A stretch of 64,000 nucleotides of DNA, from positions 1-64,000 of IMG/VR virus record IMGVR_UViG_3300025467_000014; one strand, written 5' to 3'. The notes under the pieces are model-generated. The model saw nothing but the letters and a program-made list of their open reading frames with translations, had not been told where the DNA came from and ran no database searches. This document shows, one piece after another, positions 1-8,554 of the stretch (position 1 is the stretch's first letter; each line of letters begins with the position of its first letter). This stretch comes from an uncultured virus (IMG/VR IMGVR_UViG_3300025467_000014) (taxonomy: Duplodnaviria; Heunggongvirae; Uroviricota; Caudoviricetes). The position numbers and the translations under genes were made by a program.

Positions 1-109
1 TTTGAATAGTAATCCCGGTTTCAGGTCGTTCTGCTGCTTTTTTTGATGGCCCGTAAAGTTTTGCTTCTTTAACTTGGCTGTTTTGAATAATCTGATCAAT
101 GAAGTTCAT
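1..109 (-). CDS. 5' part of a hypothetical protein running off the window edge (MNFIDQIIQNSQVKEAKLYGP...)
   Basis: ATG at 109 overlapping the end of the 96..791 ORF; frame open to position 1. Confidence 0.5.
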   Translation of the reverse strand, partial: MNFIDQIIQNSQVKEAKLYGPSKKAAERPETGITIQ

Positions 110-791
110 GTGTTTTATAATGGTTTAACATTGCTAATACATCGTATTTCTTATACGACATTGGATAGTATGTAAATTTTTCAGTTATTCTATCATAATA
201 GAATACACCAATAGTATTTACACGTCTGCCAGTTATACATTGATACATGTATGCATAGGTTGATAGTTGTAGACTATAAATTGAGTATTCACTGGCTGTT
301 AAATGATCAAGTGGTGAGAGGAGAAATTCATTATATGGGTTAAACATATTGAACTTTTTGTTTGTCTTAAGATCAAAAACGCTAAATCCACCATTTTTTT
401 CGTTTCTAATTAAATCCGCAGTACCTGCTAGTTTAAAATCATGAGAGTGAAGCTTATGTTCAACAAGTAAATCATCTTTCTTATTGACAATGTCTAAATC
501 TAAAAATGCTTGAATAAAAACCGTATACTCTGGATCAAACGTGCCAGTTTTTAAATATTTTTCAATAACAGCATGAAAATCAGTACCGATATCCTTACTC
601 TTATCGTTAGCAATCTTCCATCGATCAAGTACTTCTTGCTTTGTAATTCCCTCTCTTTTAGCTACCCTACTAGCTGTGCCCTCGGAGTCAAATGGCTTTT
701 TAAACTTATGAATAACTCTTGTTACTGAATTATAAATTTCACCAGTAAATTCATTTTTATACGAGTGATTAATAGGATCAAATACTAACAT
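96..791 (-). CDS. PD-(D/E)XK (Cas4/RecB-like) phage exonuclease
   Basis: SVT..I, GTDFH, E...LAGTADL, VFDLKT and YSLQLSTY motifs typical of phage PD-(D/E)XK nucleases. Confidence 0.85.
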   Translation of the reverse strand: MLVFDPINHSYKNEFTGEIYNSVTRVIHKFKKPFDSEGTASRVAKREGITKQEVLDRWKIANDKSKDIGTDFHAVIEKYLKTGTFDPEYTVFIQAFLDLDIVNKKDDLLVEHKLHSHDFKLAGTADLIRNEKNGGFSVFDLKTNKKFNMFNPYNEFLLSPLDHLTASEYSIYSLQLSTYAYMYQCITGRRVNTIGVFYYDRITEKFTYYPMSYKKYDVLAMLNHYKTHELH

Positions 792-828
792 TTACCTATT
801 ATATATCTTCTGTCAATAATTTCAAGTT

Positions 829-1035
829 TTATTTTTCAAGAACGTATGTACATGTATACCCTGTCTTTATAGTTGTCTTATGAACAAGTTTAAAATTTAA
901 CGACATTAACCGAATATTAAGAGCTTTAAACCATTGTTTTTTAACATTAATAATAATGCTATTCTTATTGTGGTCAACAAGAATAACATCGGTGAATTCT
1001 TCACATATAGATGTAACTATTTTAGAAACTGACAT
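829..1035 (-). CDS. hypothetical protein
   Basis: 68-aa ORF co-oriented with neighbours; TAAATA late motif just upstream. Confidence 0.6.
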   Translation of the reverse strand: MSVSKIVTSICEEFTDVILVDHNKNSIIINVKKQWFKALNIRLMSLNFKLVHKTTIKTGYTCTYVLEK

Positions 1036-1085
1036 GTATAGTAATATTTATTCAATATTACCTACATATTATTTTGTGTGAATCC

Positions 1086-1283
1086 TTATGAAATAAGGAT
1101 GGACTCGTTAATAGATGCAAGAAACTTAGTAATCTTTTCACTTATCTTACTGAGAGTTTGTGTATCTGTTTCAGTAATAAGATCAGCTGTTTTATTTTGT
1201 ACGGCATTAATTACAATCACAATATTTTTAAGATCACCAATTGTAAGTTCAGTAGTAAATTCTTCGCTTGCGTTTTTACCCAT
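1086..1283 (-). CDS. hypothetical protein
   Basis: 65-aa ORF co-oriented with neighbours. Confidence 0.55.
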   Translation of the reverse strand: MGKNASEEFTTELTIGDLKNIVIVINAVQNKTADLITETDTQTLSKISEKITKFLASINESILIS

Positions 1284-1328
1284 ATAATATTATTATATTA
1301 GTGATAAATTATAGTAAATTCAACTTTT

Positions 1329-1799
1329 ATGTATATTTTTACTCTCAAACCTACTCCAAAATCAGTAGATTGGTTTAAGGAGCATAATTACGATGTAAAA
1401 TCTATGGGAGCTGCCACCTCTATGCTATTTGCTGAAGTTGAACCTGGTGCAATTACTAGAAAAATAACATTAATAGTACAAGTAGATGTAGGGGCTGATG
1501 AGAGCGGTTATAAGTTTTATTCTAACAAAATATATCTCTGTGACGAGCCGAGAACAAAGGCAAAATCTTATAAACAAAAAGAAAGAGCGTTGTTTGAGCA
1601 TTATTTACATGAGTTTAGACATTGGATGCAAAATAGAATCTATAAAGTTAGTCATACTCAACTTACTTACAATCAGGAAGACGTTGATTTAAATCGTCAT
1701 GCATACTTTCGTAATGAACATGAAGTAGATGCACGCAGATTTACAAAACAACACTTAGCAAAATTTTGTAAATACTATAAAGCCTTTAAACACGTATAA
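1329..1799 (+). CDS. putative zincin-like metalloprotease
   Basis: HEFRH (HExxH) followed by AYFRNEHEVDAR, which supplies a candidate third-ligand Glu. Confidence 0.6.
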   Translation: MYIFTLKPTPKSVDWFKEHNYDVKSMGAATSMLFAEVEPGAITRKITLIVQVDVGADESGYKFYSNKIYLCDEPRTKAKSYKQKERALFEHYLHEFRHWMQNRIYKVSHTQLTYNQEDVDLNRHAYFRNEHEVDARRFTKQHLAKFCKYYKAFKHV

Positions 1800-1995
1800 T
1801 TAAAGAGTCCATATACGTTTTCCAGATTTTTGTTTGATATTCGGCTTTTAAATTTATTGCCTGACAGCCATTACAATTATTATCAGCTACAAGCTTATTA
1901 ACCTCAGTTTGATATTGAGCACGTAACTCTAAACAATCTTTAATTGATTCAGGACACGGCCCTTCTAAATTAAAAAAATCGTTATATATACTCAT
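1786..1995 (-). CDS. small Cys-containing hypothetical protein
   Basis: Start overlaps the endolysin stop; CP...C and CNGC motifs. Confidence 0.6.
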   Translation of the reverse strand: MSIYNDFFNLEGPCPESIKDCLELRAQYQTEVNKLVADNNCNGCQAINLKAEYQTKIWKTYMDSLIIRV

Positions 1996-2603
1996 ATACA
2001 GGTTTCTACTAGTTTCGCCTCTGCCTCTCTTCTTGCAAGCAATCCATCAAGACCCTTACCTTCCCATATACGCTTCATTTTTCGTAACTCCTCTGCAATA
2101 CCTCTATAATCACGCTTTGGCACAAGGAGCTTTATGTCTCTCATTTCGAGACGACTATCTCCTGTCATACTCGTTCCTCGATTAAAAACAAGGGAGACAA
2201 GGGCTCCGTAAGCATTATCACAAAGCTGATCAAGACCTGGAAAAGCTTTCTCAGCAAGATTAGCAAACTTAGGCCATGTTAAAGTATTGAATATATGTAC
2301 AGCGTGATTCCAATCAACGGTAATATTAAGCGGTTTTATTTGTTGTACATACTCTCTACCTGCTTGCCCGGTCTTACCAGAAGCACGTCTTACAGCTTCA
2401 AGTTGATCAGACGGTAAAAAGCCAAAAATTCTTGAAAGCTCATCTGGTGTATAATAACCACAATCAATACCTATACCAAGTGTTGTTCCTGACGCACCTC
2501 CTGGCCAAGTTGGATGTGTTAGGTATTTGTTATAATATGATTCATTACCACCAACTTCATATTCAAGAATAAGATTTAATGCATCAGGTGATGGGTATTT
2601 CAT
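1992..2603 (-). CDS. endolysin (lysozyme fold, GH24/pesticin-like muramidase)
   Basis: LILEYEVGG, WPGGASGTTLGIGID, ALVSLVFNRG and GLLARREAE motifs. Confidence 0.85.
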   Translation of the reverse strand: MKYPSPDALNLILEYEVGGNESYYNKYLTHPTWPGGASGTTLGIGIDCGYYTPDELSRIFGFLPSDQLEAVRRASGKTGQAGREYVQQIKPLNITVDWNHAVHIFNTLTWPKFANLAEKAFPGLDQLCDNAYGALVSLVFNRGTSMTGDSRLEMRDIKLLVPKRDYRGIAEELRKMKRIWEGKGLDGLLARREAEAKLVETCI

Positions 2604-2959
2604 ATATTAACATTTTGAATATTATAATCACCTTCTTTAGTGTTATTTGTTAAAAATTGCTCACTAACATTAATATTTCTGTTTTCATTAAACAAACTGC
2701 TTTGATTACTTGTTATATTTTGATTTTCACTAATGGAATTCGATCTAAAAAGTTTCATTGTTTCGGTACCAGAGTAACCAAGAATAAAAGCACCTGCTAG
2801 AAACGTTAAAAATGTAAGATAAGGTGTAACATCTCTTAATAAATGAAAAGCATCTAAGCTCATTATTATGGTCAGATATATAAGGAAAACAATAAGCCAC
2901 TTTTGTCTGTTTCCTTCACAGAATTTTTCTTTTGTAAAAAGTTTTCTTTCCTCAGACAT
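2600..2959 (-). CDS. two-TM membrane protein, holin candidate
   Basis: Two hydrophobic segments; stop overlaps the endolysin start. Confidence 0.5.
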   Translation of the reverse strand: MSEERKLFTKEKFCEGNRQKWLIVFLIYLTIIMSLDAFHLLRDVTPYLTFLTFLAGAFILGYSGTETMKLFRSNSISENQNITSNQSSLFNENRNINVSEQFLTNNTKEGDYNIQNVNI

Positions 2960-2969
2960 ACATAATTAC

Positions 2970-3083
2970 TTATCCATGTAAATGGAAAAGTATACAACGT
3001 GCTATAACTACGCCAAATATTAAGCTATAAACACATATAGCATAGAAGAGATAGTTTGAGTGTGGTCTATAATCCTGATCCAT
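2970..3083 (-). CDS. small single-TM protein (MDQDYRPH...)
   Basis: ATG 2 nt after the stop of 3086..3313; hydrophobic core. Confidence 0.35.
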   Translation of the reverse strand: MDQDYRPHSNYLFYAICVYSLIFGVVIARCILFHLHG

Positions 3084-3085
3084 AC

Positions 3086-3313
3086 TTAGAAAAGAATACC
3101 GCAAAGAAACCCTAAGATAAAGATAGCAATAACAAGGGATGTTTTTGGGTGTAAAGCTACCCAATCAAAGAATGAATTAAATGCTTTGGATACTATTGAA
3201 GTAGCTGTATTAAGTTTAGGTGTAGCAACAGTAATAGCTTCATGAACTTTTGGTTCAAACGCTGAAACCGTATTATTTATAGTGGATTCTATATTTTGTA
3301 TAAGATCGTCCAT
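3086..3313 (-). CDS. small protein with C-terminal TM helix
   Basis: TAAATA upstream; hydrophobic C-terminus. Confidence 0.6.
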   Translation of the reverse strand: MDDLIQNIESTINNTVSAFEPKVHEAITVATPKLNTATSIVSKAFNSFFDWVALHPKTSLVIAIFILGFLCGILF

Positions 3314-3345
3314 AATAATATTTATGGTACAAGTCTATTTTTTGA

Positions 3346-3933
3346 TTAAAATAGAAGGAACCTACTGGCTCTCAACCAGATATAGCCTAAAATAGCAGTA
3401 ACTAATACAATAATAGCTATACTCTTACGTAAATTTGATGCTTCTAGCTTATAAACACGTGTTTGAAGAGTTTCAGCGTTTTTAATAATAATATCTTTCA
3501 TTTCTTTTTGATGTTTAAGTTCATTTATTGTATTTTGATTATCCTTTACAAGATTAGCGTTATCTTTCTTAAGCTGTTCATTAATGGCTCTATTTTTTAA
3601 TAAAGCTTGATAATCAGACGAACCAACAACTACAACTCTTTCATCTTTATATTGATCTGGTACTAAGACCACAGCTGTTTTACCTTTTTTAGGTGAATTT
3701 TTAACAACTTTATCAGCTTCATATACTGATTGAATAGGAATTCTATGTTTCGGTGTTTTTACAAGTTTTGTTGTTTCATTTGAATAGTAATAAGCAAGAT
3801 CAACACGCTTCTTAATTAAAGAATCAGACGTTGCATATACATTTTGACTGAGAGCTTCGGATTGTTTCTCAGTATAATATGTACAAGAAACAAGAAAAGC
3901 AGCTATGGCTGCTAAAATAAGAATACGCTTCAT
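3346..3933 (-). CDS. lipoprotein with C-terminal TM helix, unimolecular-spanin candidate
   Basis: Signal peptide and lipobox (MKRILILAAIAAFLVS-C), coiled-coil-like middle, C-terminal SIAIIVLVTAILGYIWL; lies upstream of the endolysin. Confidence 0.6.
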   Translation of the reverse strand: MKRILILAAIAAFLVSCTYYTEKQSEALSQNVYATSDSLIKKRVDLAYYYSNETTKLVKTPKHRIPIQSVYEADKVVKNSPKKGKTAVVLVPDQYKDERVVVVGSSDYQALLKNRAINEQLKKDNANLVKDNQNTINELKHQKEMKDIIIKNAETLQTRVYKLEASNLRKSIAIIVLVTAILGYIWLRASRFLLF

Positions 3934-3970
3934 GTATATAATTACATAATGGCGATTAAGAAATCAACTT

Positions 3971-4138
3971 TTATTGATCAGGAAATAATGTACGAACAAT
4001 TATTTCTGTTGTATTAACGGATGGGCGTGTATGAATAACCGCTTTTCTAACTGTAGATGTTTGGTGCGCTACAAGTTTTTGTGAAACACTCTCATTATCA
4101 CTTGAACCGCCATGAGTAGCATTCTCATTATTTGCCAT
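3971..4138 (-). CDS. 55-aa hypothetical protein (MANNENATHGG...), not in the ORF track
   Basis: ATG 3 nt after the stop of 4142..4576; fills the gap. Confidence 0.5.
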   Translation of the reverse strand: MANNENATHGGSSDNESVSQKLVAHQTSTVRKAVIHTRPSVNTTEIIVRTLFPDQ

Positions 4139-4141
4139 ATA

Positions 4142-4576
4142 TTAATAATTATAAGCTGAAAGCTGAAAGTATTTCCAAATTGATGACACAGCGTTTGAAC
4201 TAGTGTATCCTGTTGATACTGCAGTTATCAAAGTACCGGTTGGACCATTAACATAGTATAGAGAGTTAACAGGGTATCCACCTGCATTAAGAGTAAACTG
4301 AACGTAATCGTATTGAGGAATACCTAATCCGGATGAATCACCTTGATTGACATTATAAGTTAAAACTGCAACTTTTGGATAAATTGTAGTAGCTGTTAAT
4401 GCATTTGATAATGAATTATTTGGAAACGCCTGTGTTGTATCAGGATAATGAGTTACTGCCGTAACAGATACAGATGGAAATCTACTATCACCAAACAAGG
4501 GAATAAATTTACCGTTTTCTAATTGTTCAAAGTTATATACTACTGAGGAATTATCACTATTGTCAGGACTTGGCAT
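4142..4576 (-). CDS. putative virion structural protein
   Basis: S/T/N/Y-rich composition; TAAATA upstream; in the structural gene block. Confidence 0.55.
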   Translation of the reverse strand: MPSPDNSDNSSVVYNFEQLENGKFIPLFGDSRFPSVSVTAVTHYPDTTQAFPNNSLSNALTATTIYPKVAVLTYNVNQGDSSGLGIPQYDYVQFTLNAGGYPVNSLYYVNGPTGTLITAVSTGYTSSNAVSSIWKYFQLSAYNY

Positions 4577-4586
4577 ATATTATTAT

Positions 4587-4877
4587 TTATTGTAGAAAGA
4601 TCTTTTTATATAAAATTGATGCAAAGAAATATGTTATAACTCCACATAGTATATTAGAAATTGAAGGCGTAAAAATTAGTAAAGCTATAGGATTATATAA
4701 AAACGAAGTTAATAAGCCAAACCAAAATGCACTGCATTCTGGACATAAAAGAGGTATACTAATAATAGGTATTTTTGAAACTAAATTGCGAACTGGTTTA
4801 AAAATTGTTGAAAAACTCCACATATATGAGACACCAAGACTCATACAAAGAAAAGATAATATTTTATCAGTAATCAT
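4587..4877 (-). CDS. DUF1360-like membrane protein
   Basis: Three hydrophobic segments with the LLCPECSAFWFG (CxxCxxxW) motif. Confidence 0.55.
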   Translation of the reverse strand: MITDKILSFLCMSLGVSYMWSFSTIFKPVRNLVSKIPIISIPLLCPECSAFWFGLLTSFLYNPIALLIFTPSISNILCGVITYFFASILYKKIFLQ

Positions 4878-6466
4878 TACCCAATAAATACAGCACGAAT
4901 ATAAGAAACATTCTTAACGCCCCATGAATTTTGTTGAATAATATTTCCATTATTATCGTATAAATTTTGCATGTCAGCAAATAGAGTTGCGGCTGTAGTG
5001 TTATTATTATGAATACCAGGGTTTGTTTGTGGGTACGCTGCAGACGAACCAGGAGCTCCATTATAAAAATATGTGCCGTTTTGTGAAACAGGATCTTGTC
5101 CCCATGCATATATACCCTTATAATTAGGAAGATAATTAGGAGGTGAACCTGCTGTTGCTGAACTTGTAAATCCGAACTCATTTCTCGGTCCATCTTGACC
5201 ATATTTTGCTGCTCCGGTTTGCCAGCCATTTAATTCAAACCAACCATTACCAGGTGTTGCAAATAAAAATGTTTGTAACCCAAAAACTGTAGTAGTATTT
5301 GCAGGCATGTAGTAATAAGAACGTAGATACACTTCTTGACCTTGAGAATACGATGGTATTCCCTCCCACGCTGCTACATCAAGAACACTTAACGGGCGAG
5401 TTGCAGTTGTATACGCTCTGTATGGTGGAGATAATAATGGAAAAGATCCTGTAACATTAGTCCAGCTAAGTTGATCAAAGGCACTAGGTGTTGTTGTAGT
5501 AAATGTACCTAATCTTGCCCAATTAGTAGTTGCGTTGGCACCCATTCTAACAAAAAGTCTGCCCTCTACATATACCATACGCGGACGACTACCAGTTGTG
5601 ACAGACACTCTTAAAGGATTACTTCCTGAATCTGCCATTACGTTTTGCCACATATTAGAAAAACCTGCTGTACCTTTAGAACAATCTACACCATAAACAA
5701 AACTCGTTTCTTTATAAAATGTTGTTCCAATATCATTTATATCATACTGAGCATTATATACACTTGACGAAAGTGTTGTAATTTGTGATTGTAACGGTGA
5801 TCCATCAATTATAAAATTATATGGATCTGATCCAATGGTAATGCCATTGGATCCACTAAGATTCATCCCTCGTACGACACTAGCCGGTACATTACTACCA
5901 AGACCAACTATTTGATTATTAAGAAGAGGTACGCTTGTAGCTTTACCTGTTTTAACAGTATCTGTATTAGCAAGAATACTACTTGGATTAACAGCTGTTA
6001 CAATCTGTGTTGTTGTATTCCAGTAGCCACTTGTAGTTGAAATTAAATTTATAGCAGAAGCTATAGAGGCAACACCACTGGATAATAAAAGTGTATTTAC
6101 ACTCCATATACCATTATTATTTTTTAATGTATTATTATCAGCTTGAAAGTAATTAGCAGCAGGGGACCATGTATTTGCACTTGTGTAAGTATACAATGTT
6201 TGTACTTTTGAAGCATCAAAATCAAGAACTATATCACCAACTTGAGGTGATGTAACACTATTGCGACCACTAGGTACATAATTAAAATTTCTCACTCCAA
6301 CAGGGTTACCTCCCAACGTAATACCGTCACCTACAAACAATCTAGTTGTATCAGTAGTATAGCCTAACTCACCTTGCGAAAAAATAACATTAGTTTTTCT
6401 TTGACTATCAGTTCCATTACGAACTATAATCTTAACTACTGTGTCTGTTGTTATTGTAATTGCCAT
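4877..6466 (-). CDS. tail fibre/spike protein with Mtd/hyaluronidase-type N-terminal anchor
   Basis: KIIVRNGT..QR...QGELGYTTDTTRLFVGDG motif. Confidence 0.75.
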   Translation of the reverse strand: MAITITTDTVVKIIVRNGTDSQRKTNVIFSQGELGYTTDTTRLFVGDGITLGGNPVGVRNFNYVPSGRNSVTSPQVGDIVLDFDASKVQTLYTYTSANTWSPAANYFQADNNTLKNNNGIWSVNTLLLSSGVASIASAINLISTTSGYWNTTTQIVTAVNPSSILANTDTVKTGKATSVPLLNNQIVGLGSNVPASVVRGMNLSGSNGITIGSDPYNFIIDGSPLQSQITTLSSSVYNAQYDINDIGTTFYKETSFVYGVDCSKGTAGFSNMWQNVMADSGSNPLRVSVTTGSRPRMVYVEGRLFVRMGANATTNWARLGTFTTTTPSAFDQLSWTNVTGSFPLLSPPYRAYTTATRPLSVLDVAAWEGIPSYSQGQEVYLRSYYYMPANTTTVFGLQTFLFATPGNGWFELNGWQTGAAKYGQDGPRNEFGFTSSATAGSPPNYLPNYKGIYAWGQDPVSQNGTYFYNGAPGSSAAYPQTNPGIHNNNTTAATLFADMQNLYDNNGNIIQQNSWGVKNVSYIRAVFIG

Positions 6467-6469
6467 ATA

Positions 6470-6898
6470 TTATATTACACTTAATGTATTTGGTAGAACT
6501 GATGTATTAATCCATAATGACCCTGTAGACAATCCACCAGATACTGTAGGTAAAATTGTACGAGCATTGTATTGTGTTAGTATCGGTAATATTGCGTAAT
6601 TAGCAAAATTCGTACCTGGTGTACTGCTCAAATAATAAAAACAAGTAGTATTAGTATCATAAACTATATCATTTAACTGTACATACTGACATGTTTGATT
6701 AATAAAACTTTGAGATATACTATTAATAGTATAGAATTTGATAGCTGGACATATACCACCTACTGTTGAACCATCACCAACAAAGAGACGTCCAGAGTCG
6801 ATAGTAAATCCTAACTCACCCTGATCGAGGATAATTTGCTGACGTTGAGCATCAGTTCCACGTCTGACTTTAACCTTTACTATTGATACATTAGCCAT
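6470..6898 (-). CDS. short protein with the same Mtd-type N-terminal anchor
   Basis: KVKVRRGT..QR...QGELGFTIDSGRLFVGDG; paralogous to 4877..6466. Confidence 0.75.
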   Translation of the reverse strand: MANVSIVKVKVRRGTDAQRQQIILDQGELGFTIDSGRLFVGDGSTVGGICPAIKFYTINSISQSFINQTCQYVQLNDIVYDTNTTCFYYLSSTPGTNFANYAILPILTQYNARTILPTVSGGLSTGSLWINTSVLPNTLSVI

Positions 6899-6927
6899 TG
6901 TAATTATTTATGAAGATATACTAATTA

Positions 6928-8553
6928 TCAATTAATATATATTGGGATATTTAAATCAGGTGCTACCCTAACATCTAATTGCAGTGTATTAAAAATTGAA
7001 ACTTGTGCATCAAAAATAATTTTTAAACAACGATTAAGAATAGTATTTTGAAAAATTTCATTGCAACCAATAAAGTTTATTACATTTTGATCAAATGTTG
7101 CGTCAATCATCTCTTGCGAAGTTAGATAGCGTGTACCTTGAAAAATAAGAGTACCTCTAGTATCAGGCTCGTATAAAAATTTACTATAAATGAGATCACG
7201 AAGACGAGTATGATTAATTATTAATTTTGCGAGTGATTTATTAAACACCCAATTCTGTACATATTCATCTGTATTAATTTGCAACGAACTTAACGGATAA
7301 ACATCAAAATTGTCTGTTACAAGAACAGTATCAAGATTTATATTATCGTAGTACACGCCAAATTTACCAGCATTATTATACGTACTAAAAATAACATTAT
7401 TATCATTATTCTGAGTATTAACAATAGAAGTAAACGCTTTTATATTTTCTGATACAACGTTAAATCTGTAAAATAAATAACTACCTATTGTATCTTGTAT
7501 TGAACTGTAGAATTTTTTATAAACATTTTTATTTGTCACAAGATAAAAAATATCTGCATTTGTAGTAGACGTAGTTATACTCTGATAATACTCGCCATCA
7601 GGCAATAACGGTAATAATGTTGCAGTAGATGATGTAAAAATGCTGTTATATCCAATAAGTTTGTTATTATTGGTTAATACGTAGACATTGCCACTATTAT
7701 TAACAGATATATCAATTGGATAATTATTATTAAAATCTCTAAACAATCTATGGGTTGTTATCCAATTAAAATCAGTGTCATACTGCTTAATGCAACCATT
7801 ACCCGAATCGAGTACATATAAATTTGAATTATATATTGCAAGACTTTCCGGCTTATTATACAATAAAGCATTATCATATGTACCACTACCACCTATACTT
7901 CTTACATAGACCAATTTATTAGCTAATACATTATTATTTGTTAAAAACCCTGTTGCGTTAAATTGATGTATTAAATTAGCACTTAAGTCAACAACATACA
8001 AGTAATTTGTATTTGGATCGAGTACAATTTTATTAATACCTGTAAAATAAACATTTGAAAATAAAGCAGTAGTATTTGTACTAAGGGCAACTGATACATT
8101 TTGTAAATTTACATCACCCGTTAATGCAACAAGGTCAGTACCGGAAGAAGTAAAAAATGTATAATAGTTTGGACTAACAGATGTATTTAAACCACCAGTT
8201 ATAACTGAAGTATTATCGAGATTTGAGTAACCAGTTGTTGATAACGGAGAAAATTGACTTGATGAAATAAATTGAGAAGTTGTATACCAACTTAATTGCG
8301 TATTTGGTAGAATATTACCTACAAATCCAATGGATGAAATAGGAATAACATTTGATGCTACATTACTATAGCGATATAACTGAATATAATTACTATATAG
8401 CTTGTTAAACGCGTTATTAATAACAGCAGTAGTTACAACATCATTTTCTGCAATAGATATTGCTTCAAATCCTGAATAAGGTAAAGTTAATGATGTATGA
8501 AGCGTACGGTCATATACTGTTCCAACTTGACTGGCTATGTCTGCTATATTCAT
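6928..8553 (-). CDS. virion protein with NHL/beta-propeller repeats
   Basis: LYVVD, PESLAI...LYVLDSGN..IKQYD and PIDISVN.SGNVYV repeats. Confidence 0.65.
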   Translation of the reverse strand: MNIADIASQVGTVYDRTLHTSLTLPYSGFEAISIAENDVVTTAVINNAFNKLYSNYIQLYRYSNVASNVIPISSIGFVGNILPNTQLSWYTTSQFISSSQFSPLSTTGYSNLDNTSVITGGLNTSVSPNYYTFFTSSGTDLVALTGDVNLQNVSVALSTNTTALFSNVYFTGINKIVLDPNTNYLYVVDLSANLIHQFNATGFLTNNNVLANKLVYVRSIGGSGTYDNALLYNKPESLAIYNSNLYVLDSGNGCIKQYDTDFNWITTHRLFRDFNNNYPIDISVNNSGNVYVLTNNNKLIGYNSIFTSSTATLLPLLPDGEYYQSITTSTTNADIFYLVTNKNVYKKFYSSIQDTIGSYLFYRFNVVSENIKAFTSIVNTQNNDNNVIFSTYNNAGKFGVYYDNINLDTVLVTDNFDVYPLSSLQINTDEYVQNWVFNKSLAKLIINHTRLRDLIYSKFLYEPDTRGTLIFQGTRYLTSQEMIDATFDQNVINFIGCNEIFQNTILNRCLKIIFDAQVSIFNTLQLDVRVAPDLNIPIYIN

Positions 8554-8554
8554 G

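Noticed and set aside
96..791. Cas4-like nuclease as a sign of a CRISPR-Cas locus
   Set aside because: No repeat-spacer array or other cas gene is visible in the window; solo PD-(D/E)XK nucleases are common in phages
1078..1287. Short overlapping or antisense ORFs inside longer genes (e.g. 1078..1287, 4570..4887, 19340..19663, 21722..22063, 56919..57230, 62554..62883)
   Set aside because: Shadow frames of better-supported genes; no motifs or expression signals
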